31,877 bases of DNA from the NCBI GenBank assembly GCA_026992375.1, contig JALXAF010000525.1, positions 1 to 31,877 on the forward strand, read 5' to 3'. The DNA is from Anaerolineae bacterium. Lineage in GTDB: Bacteria; Chloroflexota; Anaerolineae; J102. Shown here piece after piece: positions 1 through 8,893 of the stretch (the first letter of the stretch is position 1; each line of letters starts with the position of its first letter). The notes beneath the pieces were generated by a model, which ran no database searches, was not told the DNA's origin, and saw nothing but the letters and a program-made list of their open reading frames with translations. A program made the position numbers and the translations under genes.

Positions 1-128
1 GGCCGCTTGTCTGCCTGCGCAGACAGGCCAATTTGCGCCCGAAGATGTCCTCGCAGGAGGACATGCGGCGGAACGCCCCCAGAACCGAATTCTATTCGGC
101 CAGTGCGCCCCAATTTTGGAACGCACCC
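1..128. mobile_element. MITE family B, right part of a copy truncated by the window edge
   Basis: Aligns with 26023-26149 with about half a dozen differences by eye. Ends in ...TTGGAACGCACCC, the exact reverse complement of the first 13 nt (GGGTGCGTTCCAA) of the left TIR at 25881. Confidence 0.85.
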
Positions 129-158
129 GGTTTGCTACGCAAACTTGCAAACCAACGG

Positions 159-212
159 CTCCCTCCCCCGAACACGAGCGCAGCGAGTATCGGGGGAGGG
201 CCGGGGAGGGGG
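159..212. repeat. REP-like CCCTCCCCC...GGGGGAGGG hairpin repeat
   Basis: 159-200 is identical (42 bp) to 31798-31839; palindromic arms surround GAGCGCAGCGAG. Confidence 0.85.
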
Positions 213-378
213 GCCAGGTCCAGCGGCCAAGGCTGCAAAACCGACGAACGCTGGCTCGAACGTTGGCTCACTGGACGATAAGAGGACGACGGTTGACGAA
301 GCCTTTTTCGTCAACGGGAACAATAACAAACCGCCCGCGGATGCGCATCCGGCGGGCGGTTGTGGTTTGAGTCTTGAT

Positions 379-486
379 TGTGTCATTCTGAGGGAGCGTA
401 GCGACCGAAGAATCTCATCGTCTGCAAAAGAGGAAATTTCCTTCGGCTGCGCTCAGGATATGCTTCGATTCGCTCAGAATGACACA
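379..486. repeat. Palindromic GTCATT...AATGAC repeat (family E, copy 1)
   Basis: Perfect 14-bp IR TGTGTCATTCTGAG (379-392) / CTCAGAATGACACA (473-486). Internal GAGGGAGCGTAGCGACCGAAGAATCT resembles the copy at 14953. Confidence 0.85.
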
Positions 487-551
487 TACGAGCGTGGCGC
501 TTCCCTCAGCTCATTTGGGATACCCCCTTGTGATTTCGGTCAGGAACAAGA

Positions 552-1079
552 TCAGTCTGTGTCCGCCTCGGGCCCGGGCGTTTCGAGGTCATCCGGCGCC
601 ACCACCTGGGCGGTTTCGCCGCCATTTGTGACGACGCGCCCCCCCAACGACGCCAATCTCTCCTCGACCAGGCCCGCGTCCTCTTCCGATGTAAGAACGA
701 CCAGCGCCGTGCCTCCCACGGGCAGCATGGCCCCGATCTCCTCCAGCGCCTCGTTGGGAATGCCCTCGTCCACCGTGGCGGCGATGATGCTGCCATAATA
801 CGCGCCGATAGCGCCACCGCCGATGACGCCCAACGGCCCGAACAGCGCGCCCAGCGCCCCGCCGATGAGCGCTCCCACGCCCGCGCCGCGCGTGGCGTGC
901 GTATCGCCCACCTCCTTCAGCTCCAGCTTGTCTTCCGCTTCGCGATGTACTACGGCAGCGCCGTCCAGAGGCAGATCCTCTTTCTTGTGGGCCTCCACCA
1001 GCTCGGACAGCGCCTCTCGGGCCGCATCTTCCTCATCGAAATAGGCGACAACCAGGTGAATATGGTGGATTTCAGACAT
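552..1079 (-). CDS. DUF1269-like membrane protein
   Basis: 175 aa. Gly-zipper GAGVGALIGGALGALFGP, followed by D.GI...LEEIGAMLPVGGTALVVL. SD AGGAG upstream. Confidence 0.75.
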   Translation of the reverse strand: MSEIHHIHLVVAYFDEEDAAREALSELVEAHKKEDLPLDGAAVVHREAEDKLELKEVGDTHATRGAGVGALIGGALGALFGPLGVIGGGAIGAYYGSIIAATVDEGIPNEALEEIGAMLPVGGTALVVLTSEEDAGLVEERLASLGGRVVTNGGETAQVVAPDDLETPGPEADTD

Positions 1080-1111
1080 TCGGTTTTCTCCTCGTTTGAA
1101 ATGAGCGCAAA

Positions 1112-1678
1112 CTATGTTGTTGGGGGATGAGCGTCGAGAGTTTTCTCGATAGTCTCGTATTCCTTCACGAGATCAGCAGCGGCCTCAGGCCCGAGCAGTT
1201 GCAAAACCAGTCGCGCCCGCTCGCGGTTCCGCACCTCGAATTTATACTCCTGCGCCCAGCGTTCGGAATTGGAAGAACGTTGTTCCAGGAAGTATTTCCA
1301 GTTGTTCATATAGCTTTTGAATTCCCGACGCAATTTTTCGCGCCACTGTTCGGGATAACGCCGCTGCGCCTCCTCCCACGCCTGCTCGATCTTCTCCAGG
1401 CGAGCGCGATCGTTGGGGCCCAGCTCGGCGCGGTGGGCCTCCAGTTCCTGGATGCGCTCATACAGAGAGCCCAGCGTCATCTTGGGCTGCCGCGTGCCCA
1501 GGGGCGTCTCCACCGAAATCTGCCAGAAGAGCTTGTCGCTGAGCAGATACTCCTCCAGTTGCTCGGTGAATTTCTCGGCCTCCAGCACTGTGGCGGCCAA
1601 TTCGGGCGGGGAATCAGTGGGGATTTGACTGGCGGCGTCGTGATCACCGCCAAATAATTTCTTCAACCAGCTCATCAT
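1112..1678 (-). CDS. Conserved hypothetical helical protein
   Basis: 188 aa with natural composition. SD GGAGG before ATG ATG; starts 10 nt after the dtd stop, so probably the same operon. Confidence 0.7.
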   Translation of the reverse strand: MMSWLKKLFGGDHDAASQIPTDSPPELAATVLEAEKFTEQLEEYLLSDKLFWQISVETPLGTRQPKMTLGSLYERIQELEAHRAELGPNDRARLEKIEQAWEEAQRRYPEQWREKLRREFKSYMNNWKYFLEQRSSNSERWAQEYKFEVRNRERARLVLQLLGPEAAADLVKEYETIEKTLDAHPPTT

Positions 1679-1687
1679 AACCTCCGG

Positions 1688-2125
1688 TTATCGTTCGACG
1701 ATCAGCGTGACGGGGCCGTCGTTGACCAACGCCACCCGCATGTGTGCGCCGAAGACGCCCGTTTGCACCGCAACGCCCTCCTGGCGCAGCGTGGCGACAA
1801 AGCGCTCGAACAAGGGCTCGGCCAGCTCGGGCCGGGCCGCAGCCACGAAGGAGGGCCGTCGTCCCTTGCGGGCGTTGGCGTAAAGGGTGAATTGCGAGAC
1901 AGCCAGAACCTCGCCGCCCACATCGGCCAGCGAGAGATTGGTGAGCCCCTGGTCGTCCTCGAAAAGGCGCAGGCCCGCGACCTTCCGGGCCAGCCAATCG
2001 GCTTTGGCCTCATCGTCATCATGGGTGACGCCGACCAGGATCAGATAGCCGTGGCCGATGGCCGCAACCATCTCATCGGCCACGACGACCGACGCTTCGC
2101 TGACGCGTTGAATGACTAATCGCAT
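1688..2125 (-). CDS. dtd: D-aminoacyl-tRNA deacylase
   Basis: [24 protein letters not shown] and NDGPVT motifs. Start moved from the ORF track to the ATG at 2125. Confidence 0.96.
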   Translation of the reverse strand: MRLVIQRVSEASVVVADEMVAAIGHGYLILVGVTHDDDEAKADWLARKVAGLRLFEDDQGLTNLSLADVGGEVLAVSQFTLYANARKGRRPSFVAAARPELAEPLFERFVATLRQEGVAVQTGVFGAHMRVALVNDGPVTLIVER

Positions 2126-2265
2126 GGAAATTGGCGGGGAAACAAGAACAACGTTGGCATCTGATAGAGGCATTATACTAAAGACTGATGAAAATCCCTA
2201 CTCCCTTCGCGTTCGTCCGCGTCCTGTCCTCAAAGCAGACGCCATGATCGGATGCTCGTGATAAT

Positions 2266-2395
2266 GATGAAAATCTCTTGTTACGTCATTCCGACGACCG
2301 CAGGGAGGAGGAATCTCAGGTGCGACGCACTTGAGCCTGCGGTAAGTGCGTCGCACCTTTCGGTCGCTGCACTCCCTCGAAATGACGTAGGAGAG
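2266..2395. repeat. Family E palindromic repeat, copy 2, with an internal 15-bp perfect hairpin
   Basis: TACGTCATT (2282) ... AATGACGTA (2389). Arms are the reverse complement of 14953-15056 with single mismatches. Internal IR at 2318-2332 / 2344-2358. Confidence 0.85.
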
Positions 2396-2397
2396 AG

Positions 2398-2461
2398 TGT
2401 TTTGATTTTATCGGTTTTTATCTACGCAGATCAGCTTTTTCTGCGTCATCTGCGTTCTATT
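2398..2461. repeat. Family G repeat (right arm only)
   Basis: TGTTTTGATTTTATC...ATCTGCGTTCTATT is near-identical to 28981-29044. Confidence 0.8.
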
Positions 2462-2475
2462 CGCCAGGCAGAAAA

Positions 2476-4917
2476 TCAGGCGGGCGTTTTGGCCTTTTCC
2501 TGTTCTTTTTCCTTCGCCGTGTTCTCTTTGGCCAGCTTCAGGGCCTCCTTCAGCGGCATGGTGAAGCCGCATTCGGTGTTGGCGCATTTGGCTGTGGTTT
2601 TGTTGGCCTTGGTCAGCACGCTGCCGCACTCGGGACATCGCACGTTGATGGGCTCGTTCCAGGTGACGAAATCGCATTTGGGCCAGTTTTCGCAGCCGTA
2701 GAAGACTTTGCCCTTGCGGCTGCGTTTTTTGATGATGCGCCCGCCGCATTTCGGGCATTTGACGCCCGTGTCTTCCACGATGGGCCGGGTGTAGCGGCAG
2801 GTGGGGTAGTTGGAGCAGCCGATGAAGCGGCCATACCGGCCTTCCTTGATCACCAGGTCGCCGCCGCATTCGGGGCACTTCTCGCCGATCTTCTCCGGCT
2901 CGATGTGCTGACGCTGCATGGTCGCGCCCGCGGCCTCCACCGCCTTCTCGAAGGGACCGTAGAATTTCTTCAGCACCTCCACCCGGTTCTCTTCGCCCCG
3001 GGCGATACGGTCCAGCTCCTCCTCCATCTCAGCGGTGAAATCCACGTTGATGTAGGCGCCAAAGTGCTGCACCAGCAGATCGTTGACGGTCATGCCCAGA
3101 TCGGTGGGACGGAAGAATTTGCCCTTCTTCTCCACGTACTTGCGATCCTGAATGGTGGAGAGGATGGTGGCGTAGGTGGAAGGCCGTCCGATGCCGTACT
3201 GCTCCAGGGCCTTGACCAACGACGCCTCGGTGTAGCGGGGCGGGGGCTGGGTGAAGTGCTGTTCGGGCAGCAGCTTGAGCAAATCCAGCAGCTCGCCCAC
3301 GCTCAGGGGCGGAATCTCCTTGTTTTCCAGCGCCTCCTCTTCCTTGCGCTTCTCTTCCACCGATTTGGAGGGCTGGTAGATCTTGAGGAAGCCGGGGAAG
3401 CGCAATGAGGAGCCGGTGGCCCGGAAGTGATAGGGCTTCTTGCCGCCCGCGGGCCCGGCCATCACATCCACCGTCAGGGTGTCGTAAATGGCGGGGGCCA
3501 TCTGGCTGGCCACAAAACGCTGCCAGATGAGCTTGTAGAGCTTGTACTGGTCGTCTCGCAGATACTGGCGGACGCTCTCGGGCGTGCGATAAACCGAGGT
3601 GGGGCGGATGGCCTCGTGGGCCTCCTGGGCCGAGCGGGCCTTGGTCTTGTAGAGGGGCGGGCGCTTGGGCAGATACGCCTCGCCATAGCGGTCACCGATG
3701 AAGTCCCGGGCCTGGGCCTGAGCCTCTTTGGCCACGTTGGTGCTGTCGGTTCGCATATAGGTGATGAGACCCACCGAGCCCTCGCTGCCCAGCTTCACGC
3801 CCTCGTACAGCGATTGGGCGGTGCGCATGGTGCGGCGGGCGTTGAAATTCAGCTTGCGCGAGGCTTCCATCTGCATGGTGCTGGTGGTGAAAGGCGCATA
3901 GGGCCGCCGCTGCCGCGTGCCCCGCTTGACGTTGGTCACCTCCCACTCGGCCCGCTCCAGCTCATCCACGATGCGTTTGGCTTCCTCGCCCGAACGGATT
4001 TTGAAGCTCTTGCCATCGATGCGGTGCAGCTTGGCCAAAAAATGCCGCTTTTCCGGCTCGCGCTTGGCCAGATCCGCCACGATGGACCAGTATTCCTCGG
4101 GTGTGAAGGCCTGAATCTCCCGCTCCCGGTCCACCACCAGACGCAGGGCCACCGATTGCACCCGGCCTGCGGAGAGCCCGCGGCGCACATTCCGCCACAG
4201 CAGCGGGCTGATCTTGTAGCCCACCAGCCGGTCCAGGATGCGCCGGGCCTGCTGCGCGTCCACCAGTTGCATATCCACGTCCCGGGCGTGATCGAACGCG
4301 TCGCCCACCGCGCTCTTGGTGATCTCGTGGAAGACGACGCGCTTCGCGCGGGCATCATCCAGGCCCGTGGCCTCCTTCACATGCCAGGCGATAGCCTCGC
4401 CCTCGCGGTCGGGGTCGGTGGCGAGATACACCTCCTCGGCGTTGTCCACCGCCTCCTTCAGCTCCCGCACCAGCTTCTTCTTGTCCCGAGGCACGTAGTA
4501 GATGGGCTCGAAATCGTGCTCCACATCCACCGAGAGCTTGGATTTGTAGAGATCGCGCACGTGGCCCACCGACGCCTTGACGGTGTAGCCCCGGCCCAGA
4601 AAGCGCCCGACGGTGCGGGCCTTGGCCGGGGATTCCACGATGACCAGCTTGCCCTTGCGCTCGCCCGGCGTCCTGGCCTTGCGGCTGCGGGTGGATTTTT
4701 TGGCTGCGGTTTTCTTTTTGGCAGCCTTCTTTTTGGGCTTTTTCACCGGATCGGGCTTTTCGATGCCCTCATGTGCGGGGGTGTAGCCCATGCGGAACAT
4801 ATTCGTGCCACAGACAGGGCATTTGCCCCGGGTGCCGGGCGTTCCCGATTCGGTGTAGACGGGAGCCGGGTCCACCATCTCCCGTTTGGTTTTGCATTTG
4901 ATGCAGTAAGCTTCCAT
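2476..4917 (-). CDS. topA: DNA topoisomerase I (type IA) with an N-terminal CxxC/CPxC domain and three C-terminal Zn ribbons
   Basis: TOPRIM LVIVESPAKA and ATDPDREGE, SAGRVQ, catalytic GLITYMRTDS, GIGRPSTYA, C-terminal CPECG/CPKCG/CPECG. Confidence 0.98.
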   Translation of the reverse strand: MEAYCIKCKTKREMVDPAPVYTESGTPGTRGKCPVCGTNMFRMGYTPAHEGIEKPDPVKKPKKKAAKKKTAAKKSTRSRKARTPGERKGKLVIVESPAKARTVGRFLGRGYTVKASVGHVRDLYKSKLSVDVEHDFEPIYYVPRDKKKLVRELKEAVDNAEEVYLATDPDREGEAIAWHVKEATGLDDARAKRVVFHEITKSAVGDAFDHARDVDMQLVDAQQARRILDRLVGYKISPLLWRNVRRGLSAGRVQSVALRLVVDREREIQAFTPEEYWSIVADLAKREPEKRHFLAKLHRIDGKSFKIRSGEEAKRIVDELERAEWEVTNVKRGTRQRRPYAPFTTSTMQMEASRKLNFNARRTMRTAQSLYEGVKLGSEGSVGLITYMRTDSTNVAKEAQAQARDFIGDRYGEAYLPKRPPLYKTKARSAQEAHEAIRPTSVYRTPESVRQYLRDDQYKLYKLIWQRFVASQMAPAIYDTLTVDVMAGPAGGKKPYHFRATGSSLRFPGFLKIYQPSKSVEEKRKEEEALENKEIPPLSVGELLDLLKLLPEQHFTQPPPRYTEASLVKALEQYGIGRPSTYATILSTIQDRKYVEKKGKFFRPTDLGMTVNDLLVQHFGAYINVDFTAEMEEELDRIARGEENRVEVLKKFYGPFEKAVEAAGATMQRQHIEPEKIGEKCPECGGDLVIKEGRYGRFIGCSNYPTCRYTRPIVEDTGVKCPKCGGRIIKKRSRKGKVFYGCENWPKCDFVTWNEPINVRCPECGSVLTKANKTTAKCANTECGFTMPLKEALKLAKENTAKEKEQEKAKTPA

Positions 4918-4925
4918 GTAGATTC

Positions 4926-4950
4926 CAGTGTTCAGTGTTCAGTGTTCAGT
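4926..4950. repeat. Heptamer tandem (CAGTGTT)x3.5
   Basis: Read directly. Lies just upstream of the topA start and abuts MITE A. Confidence 0.9.
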
Positions 4951-5152
4951 AGACGTTATCGGAAATAAGAGGGTTGTTGCTCTCGTCTGGCATCATGCTG
5001 TTGCCGACAAAGCTCAATGATTAATGAACAATGATTAAAGGCTAAATCAACGTGGGTTTCACTTTAATCATTACTCATCAATCATTGATTCGGGCATGAT
5101 TGAGCGGAAGGTTGAGAGTCCAGCTCACCGTAGGTTATTTCCGATAATGTCG
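4951..5152. mobile_element. MITE family A, copy 1 (202 bp)
   Basis: TIR AGACGTTATCGGAAATAA / TTATTTCCGATAATGTCG; AGT duplicated at 4948-4950 and 5153-5155. Same length and highly similar to 20973-21174. Confidence 0.9.
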
Positions 5153-5177
5153 AGTGGGAAAGTGTTCTGTAGTCGGA

Positions 5178-6311
5178 TCAATCGACCTTGTAGATGGGGC
5201 CCGGCTCCCGGGCGATGACGTACTTCATGCCGCCCACCGAGCGAGCCATGCCTTTCAGCTCCATCATGGCCAGGGCGCTGCTGACCTGCTGCACGGGCAG
5301 GCCCGCTTCGCGGCGGATGTCATCCACGTGCCGCGGTTCTCGCCCGAGCAGCTCCAGCAATTGCGCCTCGACCGGGTCCTCGGGCAGGGTCAGGCGGGCG
5401 TCCACGTATTGCGCCACCTGGTTCAGGTTCAGGGCTTCGAGGATGTCGTTGGCCTCGGTCACGGGCGTGGCCCCATCCTTGATCAAACGGTTGGGGCCCT
5501 CGCTGTTGGGCGAAAGGATGCCGCCGGGCGTGGCGAAGACCTCGCGGCCCTGTTCCAGCGCCTGCTTGGCGGTGATGATCGCGCCCGAATTCCAGGGGCA
5601 TTCCACCACCAGCACGCCCAGGCTCAGCCCGCTTATGATGCGGTTGCGGGCCGGAAAGTTACGAGATTCTGGTGGCGCGCCCAAAGGCTGCTCGCTGACG
5701 AGCGCGCCATGTCCGACGATTTCAGCGGCCAGATCGCGATGCTCGGGCGGATAGATCTGATCGAGGCCGTTGGCCAGCACTGCGATGGTGCGCCCGCCCG
5801 CGTCCAGCGCCGCGCGATGCGCCACGGCGTCGACGCCTCGGGCCAGGCCGCTGACGATGACCACGCCCGCCCGGGCTAGATCCGTCGTGAGGCGCCGCGC
5901 GACCTCTTTGCCATACGCGGTGGCCCGGCGAGTGCCCACCACGGCCACCGCCCACTCGTCCTCGGGCAGCAACTCGCCCCGGACGAAGATCACGGGCGGG
6001 GGAGCGTCGATGCGGCGCAGGCTGGCGGGATAAGCGGCGTCATCCCAGGTCAGGGCCTGCACGCCCGAGGCCGCCAGCCGGGCCAGTTCTGCATCCAGGT
6101 CCAGAGTCTCGCGCAGGGCCAGCAGATTGCGCAGCGCCCGCTGGTCCAGTCCGACTTCGATAAGCTCCGACCGCGGCGCGCGCCAGGCCGTCTCGACATC
6201 GCCGAACACATCCAGCAACGCCCGCAGCTTCTTTGCGCCCACGCCCGGGACTTTGTTGAATCCAAGCCAGTACTTCAGCATGAGGAAAGGGGATTTGAAG
6301 CGATGTTGCAA
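5178..6311 (-). CDS. dprA: DNA-processing protein DprA (start may be the ATG at 6281)
   Basis: AVVGTRRATAYG, SGLARGVD, NFPARNRIISGLS, SGAIITA, REVFA; C-terminal winged helix. Conserved position upstream of topA. Confidence 0.96.
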   Translation of the reverse strand: MQHRFKSPFLMLKYWLGFNKVPGVGAKKLRALLDVFGDVETAWRAPRSELIEVGLDQRALRNLLALRETLDLDAELARLAASGVQALTWDDAAYPASLRRIDAPPPVIFVRGELLPEDEWAVAVVGTRRATAYGKEVARRLTTDLARAGVVIVSGLARGVDAVAHRAALDAGGRTIAVLANGLDQIYPPEHRDLAAEIVGHGALVSEQPLGAPPESRNFPARNRIISGLSLGVLVVECPWNSGAIITAKQALEQGREVFATPGGILSPNSEGPNRLIKDGATPVTEANDILEALNLNQVAQYVDARLTLPEDPVEAQLLELLGREPRHVDDIRREAGLPVQQVSSALAMMELKGMARSVGGMKYVIAREPGPIYKVD

Positions 6312-6354
6312 AAATCACCCGCCGAGAACGGCGGGCGAGAAACGCTGATTTGAG

Positions 6355-6384
6355 AGGATAGACGGGAGTGCGGGGTTTTGTCAA
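6355..6384 (-). promoter_or_regulatory. Putative sigma70-type promoter for dprA-topA
   Basis: Minus strand TTGACA (6384-6379), 18-bp spacer, TATCCT (6360-6355). Confidence 0.45.
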
Positions 6385-6490
6385 GCCACGCTACGCGTGC
6401 TGCCAACCGGGTGCGCCCCAGATATTTGGCGTCATCTAGCCGACTGATGGACATTGACAAAACAATCAGGTCAGGCCCGGAGCGATTCTT

Positions 6491-6605
6491 GTCCGCCGCC
6501 AGCGCCGGGGGATGAATTCCCCCGGCTAGAAACAGCGCCCCTGCGGGGCTAGCCGGATTTATCCGGCGCTGTTTTGTAGCCCGGCGACTTCATCGCCGGA
6601 TGGAC
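6491..6605. repeat. Inverted pair of GTAG-type REP hairpins (BIME-like)
   Basis: GTAGCCCGGCGA-CTTCA-TCGCCGG at 6576-6599 and an inverted relative CCGGGGGA-TGAAT-TCCCCCGGCTA at 6505-6528, with two small central hairpins. Confidence 0.75.
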
Positions 6606-6639
6606 TCGGCAAATGCTTGCCAAGAAATTGGGATGCACG

Positions 6640-8742
6640 CTACGCGTGCTGGGCCTGCACCGCGGTGATGGCCACGGTGTTGATCACGTCCTCCACCGTG
6701 CAGCCGCGGCTGAGGTCATTGACCGGCTTGCGCAATCCTTGCAGCACCGGCCCGATGGCAATCGCGCCCGTCTCCCGCTGCACGGCCTTGTAGGTGTTGT
6801 TGCCCGTGTTCAGGTCGGGGAAGATGAGCACTGTGGCCCGGCCAGCGACTTTGGAGCCGGGCATCTTCTTCTGGCCGACCACCGGATCCACCGCCGCGTC
6901 GTACTGCATCGGGCCTTCGATGAGCAGATCGGGCCGCCGCGCCCTGGCCAGCTCGGTGGCCTTGCGCACCCGCTCCACCTCCTCGCCGTGGCCCGATTCG
7001 CCCGTTGAGTAGGAGAGCATGGCCACGATGGGCTCGATGCCGAACATCTGCGCCGTCTCGGCCGAAGCGATGGCGATCTCGGCCAGTTGCTCCGCGGTGG
7101 GCTTGGGCACCACCGCACAATCGCCATACACCAGCACCCGATCCTCCAGCGCCATGAAGAACACCGAAGAGACGATGCTGAATCCGGGCTTGGTCTTGAT
7201 AAACTCGAACGCGGGCCGCAGCGTGTGGGCCGTGGTGTGGGCCGCGCCCGAGACCATGCCGTCCGCGTGGCCCTTATACACCATCATCGTGCCGAAGTAA
7301 GAGACATCCATCATAATGTCCGCGGCCTGCTCGGGCGTGAGCCCCTTGTGCTTGCGAAGCTGATAATACGTCCGGGCGTAATCCTCGAACTGGGGCGACG
7401 TGGCGGGATCGACGATGGCGATGCGGTCTGTGGGGATGTTCAATCCCAGCTTGGCGATGAGGTGCTGCACCTTCTTCTCATCTCCCAGCAGAGTGATGTC
7501 CACCACCTCCTGTTCCAGCAGATTTTGCGTGGCCCGCAGGATGCGCTCGTCGTCGCTTTCGGGCAGCACGATGTGCTTGCGATCCGATTTCGCCTGCTGC
7601 ATGATGTTGAACAGGAACATGCGCGGCGGAATCCCCCGCGGCTTGATGTCGGCGTAGCGTTTGATTAGGGTCTCGACATCCACATAGTTGTGGAAGATGC
7701 GCAGGCTGCGCGCGATCTTGTCCTCCCGATCCACTGTGATGTAGGAGCGCACGCCTCGAACTTTGGTGGCCGTGGGGAAAGTCTCCGCGTCCACGGCGAT
7801 GATGGGCAGGGTGCTGGGCAGACCCTCTAGCAGGCGTTGCACTGTGGGAGCGGGCCGCACCTTGGTGGTGAGCAGCAGGCCCGCCAGTTGCGGATAATTA
7901 TCGGAAACATGGGCCTGCAACGCACTGAGAATCACATCCCCGCGGTCGCCCGGCGTGATGAGCAGCGCCCGATGCCGCAGTAGCTCAAGATAATGATCCA
8001 TCTGCATGGCGATGACCATGTACTCCTCCACCCGGAATTCCAACAAATCCTCGCCATAAAGCACCTCCGCGCCCAGATGCTCCACCACCTCCCGCACGCT
8101 GGGACTGGCCAGCTTCTTGTTGGCCGGGATCACCGCCAGCACCGCGGCCTCCGCGGGCAGCGATTCTTGCAATGCCGTCCGGATTTCATCCAACCGTTCG
8201 GGATCAGCCCGGTTGACGATGGTGCCCACCAACTGATTGCCCTTGCGCTTGAAAGACTCCACGGCCATGAGGATGGGGCTGATGATCTCATCCATGGTCT
8301 CCTTGGCCCCGCTGGCCAGCAGCAGCACCGGGCTGCCCAGCGATTGCGCCAGCTCCACGTTGATGTCGAAATCCAGGGCCGCGGTGTCGGAGGAAAGATC
8401 GGAGCCGATGACGAGGACGAAATCACTCTTGGCCTCCAGCGCCTTGTACTTGGCAATGACGCCGTTGATGAGCTCGTCGTGGCGTCCCTGGGCCAGCAAA
8501 TCGAGGGCGTCGATCTGCCGCCAGGCATACGTTTCCTCATATTCCCATGGCAGATGGAAGTATTTGAGCAATAATTCCAGGTTTTTGTCGATTCTTTCCG
8601 GGCCATGACATTTGATGATAGGACGAAACACGCCCACCCGCTGCGATCTGCGCAGCAGAATATCCATGATCCCCAGCGAAACCAGCGATTTCCCGCAGTG
8701 AGATTCGGTGGTCGCCAGATAAAGCGATTTATAATCTTGCAT
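6640..8742 (-). CDS. pta: Phosphate acetyltransferase, long form (BioD-like N-domain, DRTGG, PTA domain)
   Basis: 700 aa. GKSLVSLG, TPGDRGD, IVLPESDDERILRA, GPMQYDAA, FPDLNTGNNTYKAVQR, QGLRKPVNDLSRG. Confidence 0.97.
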   Translation of the reverse strand: MQDYKSLYLATTESHCGKSLVSLGIMDILLRRSQRVGVFRPIIKCHGPERIDKNLELLLKYFHLPWEYEETYAWRQIDALDLLAQGRHDELINGVIAKYKALEAKSDFVLVIGSDLSSDTAALDFDINVELAQSLGSPVLLLASGAKETMDEIISPILMAVESFKRKGNQLVGTIVNRADPERLDEIRTALQESLPAEAAVLAVIPANKKLASPSVREVVEHLGAEVLYGEDLLEFRVEEYMVIAMQMDHYLELLRHRALLITPGDRGDVILSALQAHVSDNYPQLAGLLLTTKVRPAPTVQRLLEGLPSTLPIIAVDAETFPTATKVRGVRSYITVDREDKIARSLRIFHNYVDVETLIKRYADIKPRGIPPRMFLFNIMQQAKSDRKHIVLPESDDERILRATQNLLEQEVVDITLLGDEKKVQHLIAKLGLNIPTDRIAIVDPATSPQFEDYARTYYQLRKHKGLTPEQAADIMMDVSYFGTMMVYKGHADGMVSGAAHTTAHTLRPAFEFIKTKPGFSIVSSVFFMALEDRVLVYGDCAVVPKPTAEQLAEIAIASAETAQMFGIEPIVAMLSYSTGESGHGEEVERVRKATELARARRPDLLIEGPMQYDAAVDPVVGQKKMPGSKVAGRATVLIFPDLNTGNNTYKAVQRETGAIAIGPVLQGLRKPVNDLSRGCTVEDVINTVAITAVQAQHA

Positions 8743-8893
8743 TTTCTAAATTCCTTGTGTCGAAACGATAAGAGATTTGCCTGGATTGTACCAGCAGCGG
8801 GGAAGAGATGGAAATGAGCTGGATCAGGTTTATCGTCCGGCGAGCCGCCCCAGCGCTGGGGAATCGCCACGCCCACGCCCGCGCTGCCTGTGA

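Noticed and set aside
7-798. 263-aa ORF, and the 343-aa ORF at 25933-26964 sharing a peptide with it
   Set aside because: The shared peptide is a translation of MITE B. The ORFs run through repeats or overlap real genes and have no transposase motifs.
3427-4968. Long antisense or alternate-frame ORFs (also 10267-11832, 22713-23975, 27354-28544, 30643-31578)
   Set aside because: Shadow ORFs of GC-rich genes, with no recognisable motifs.
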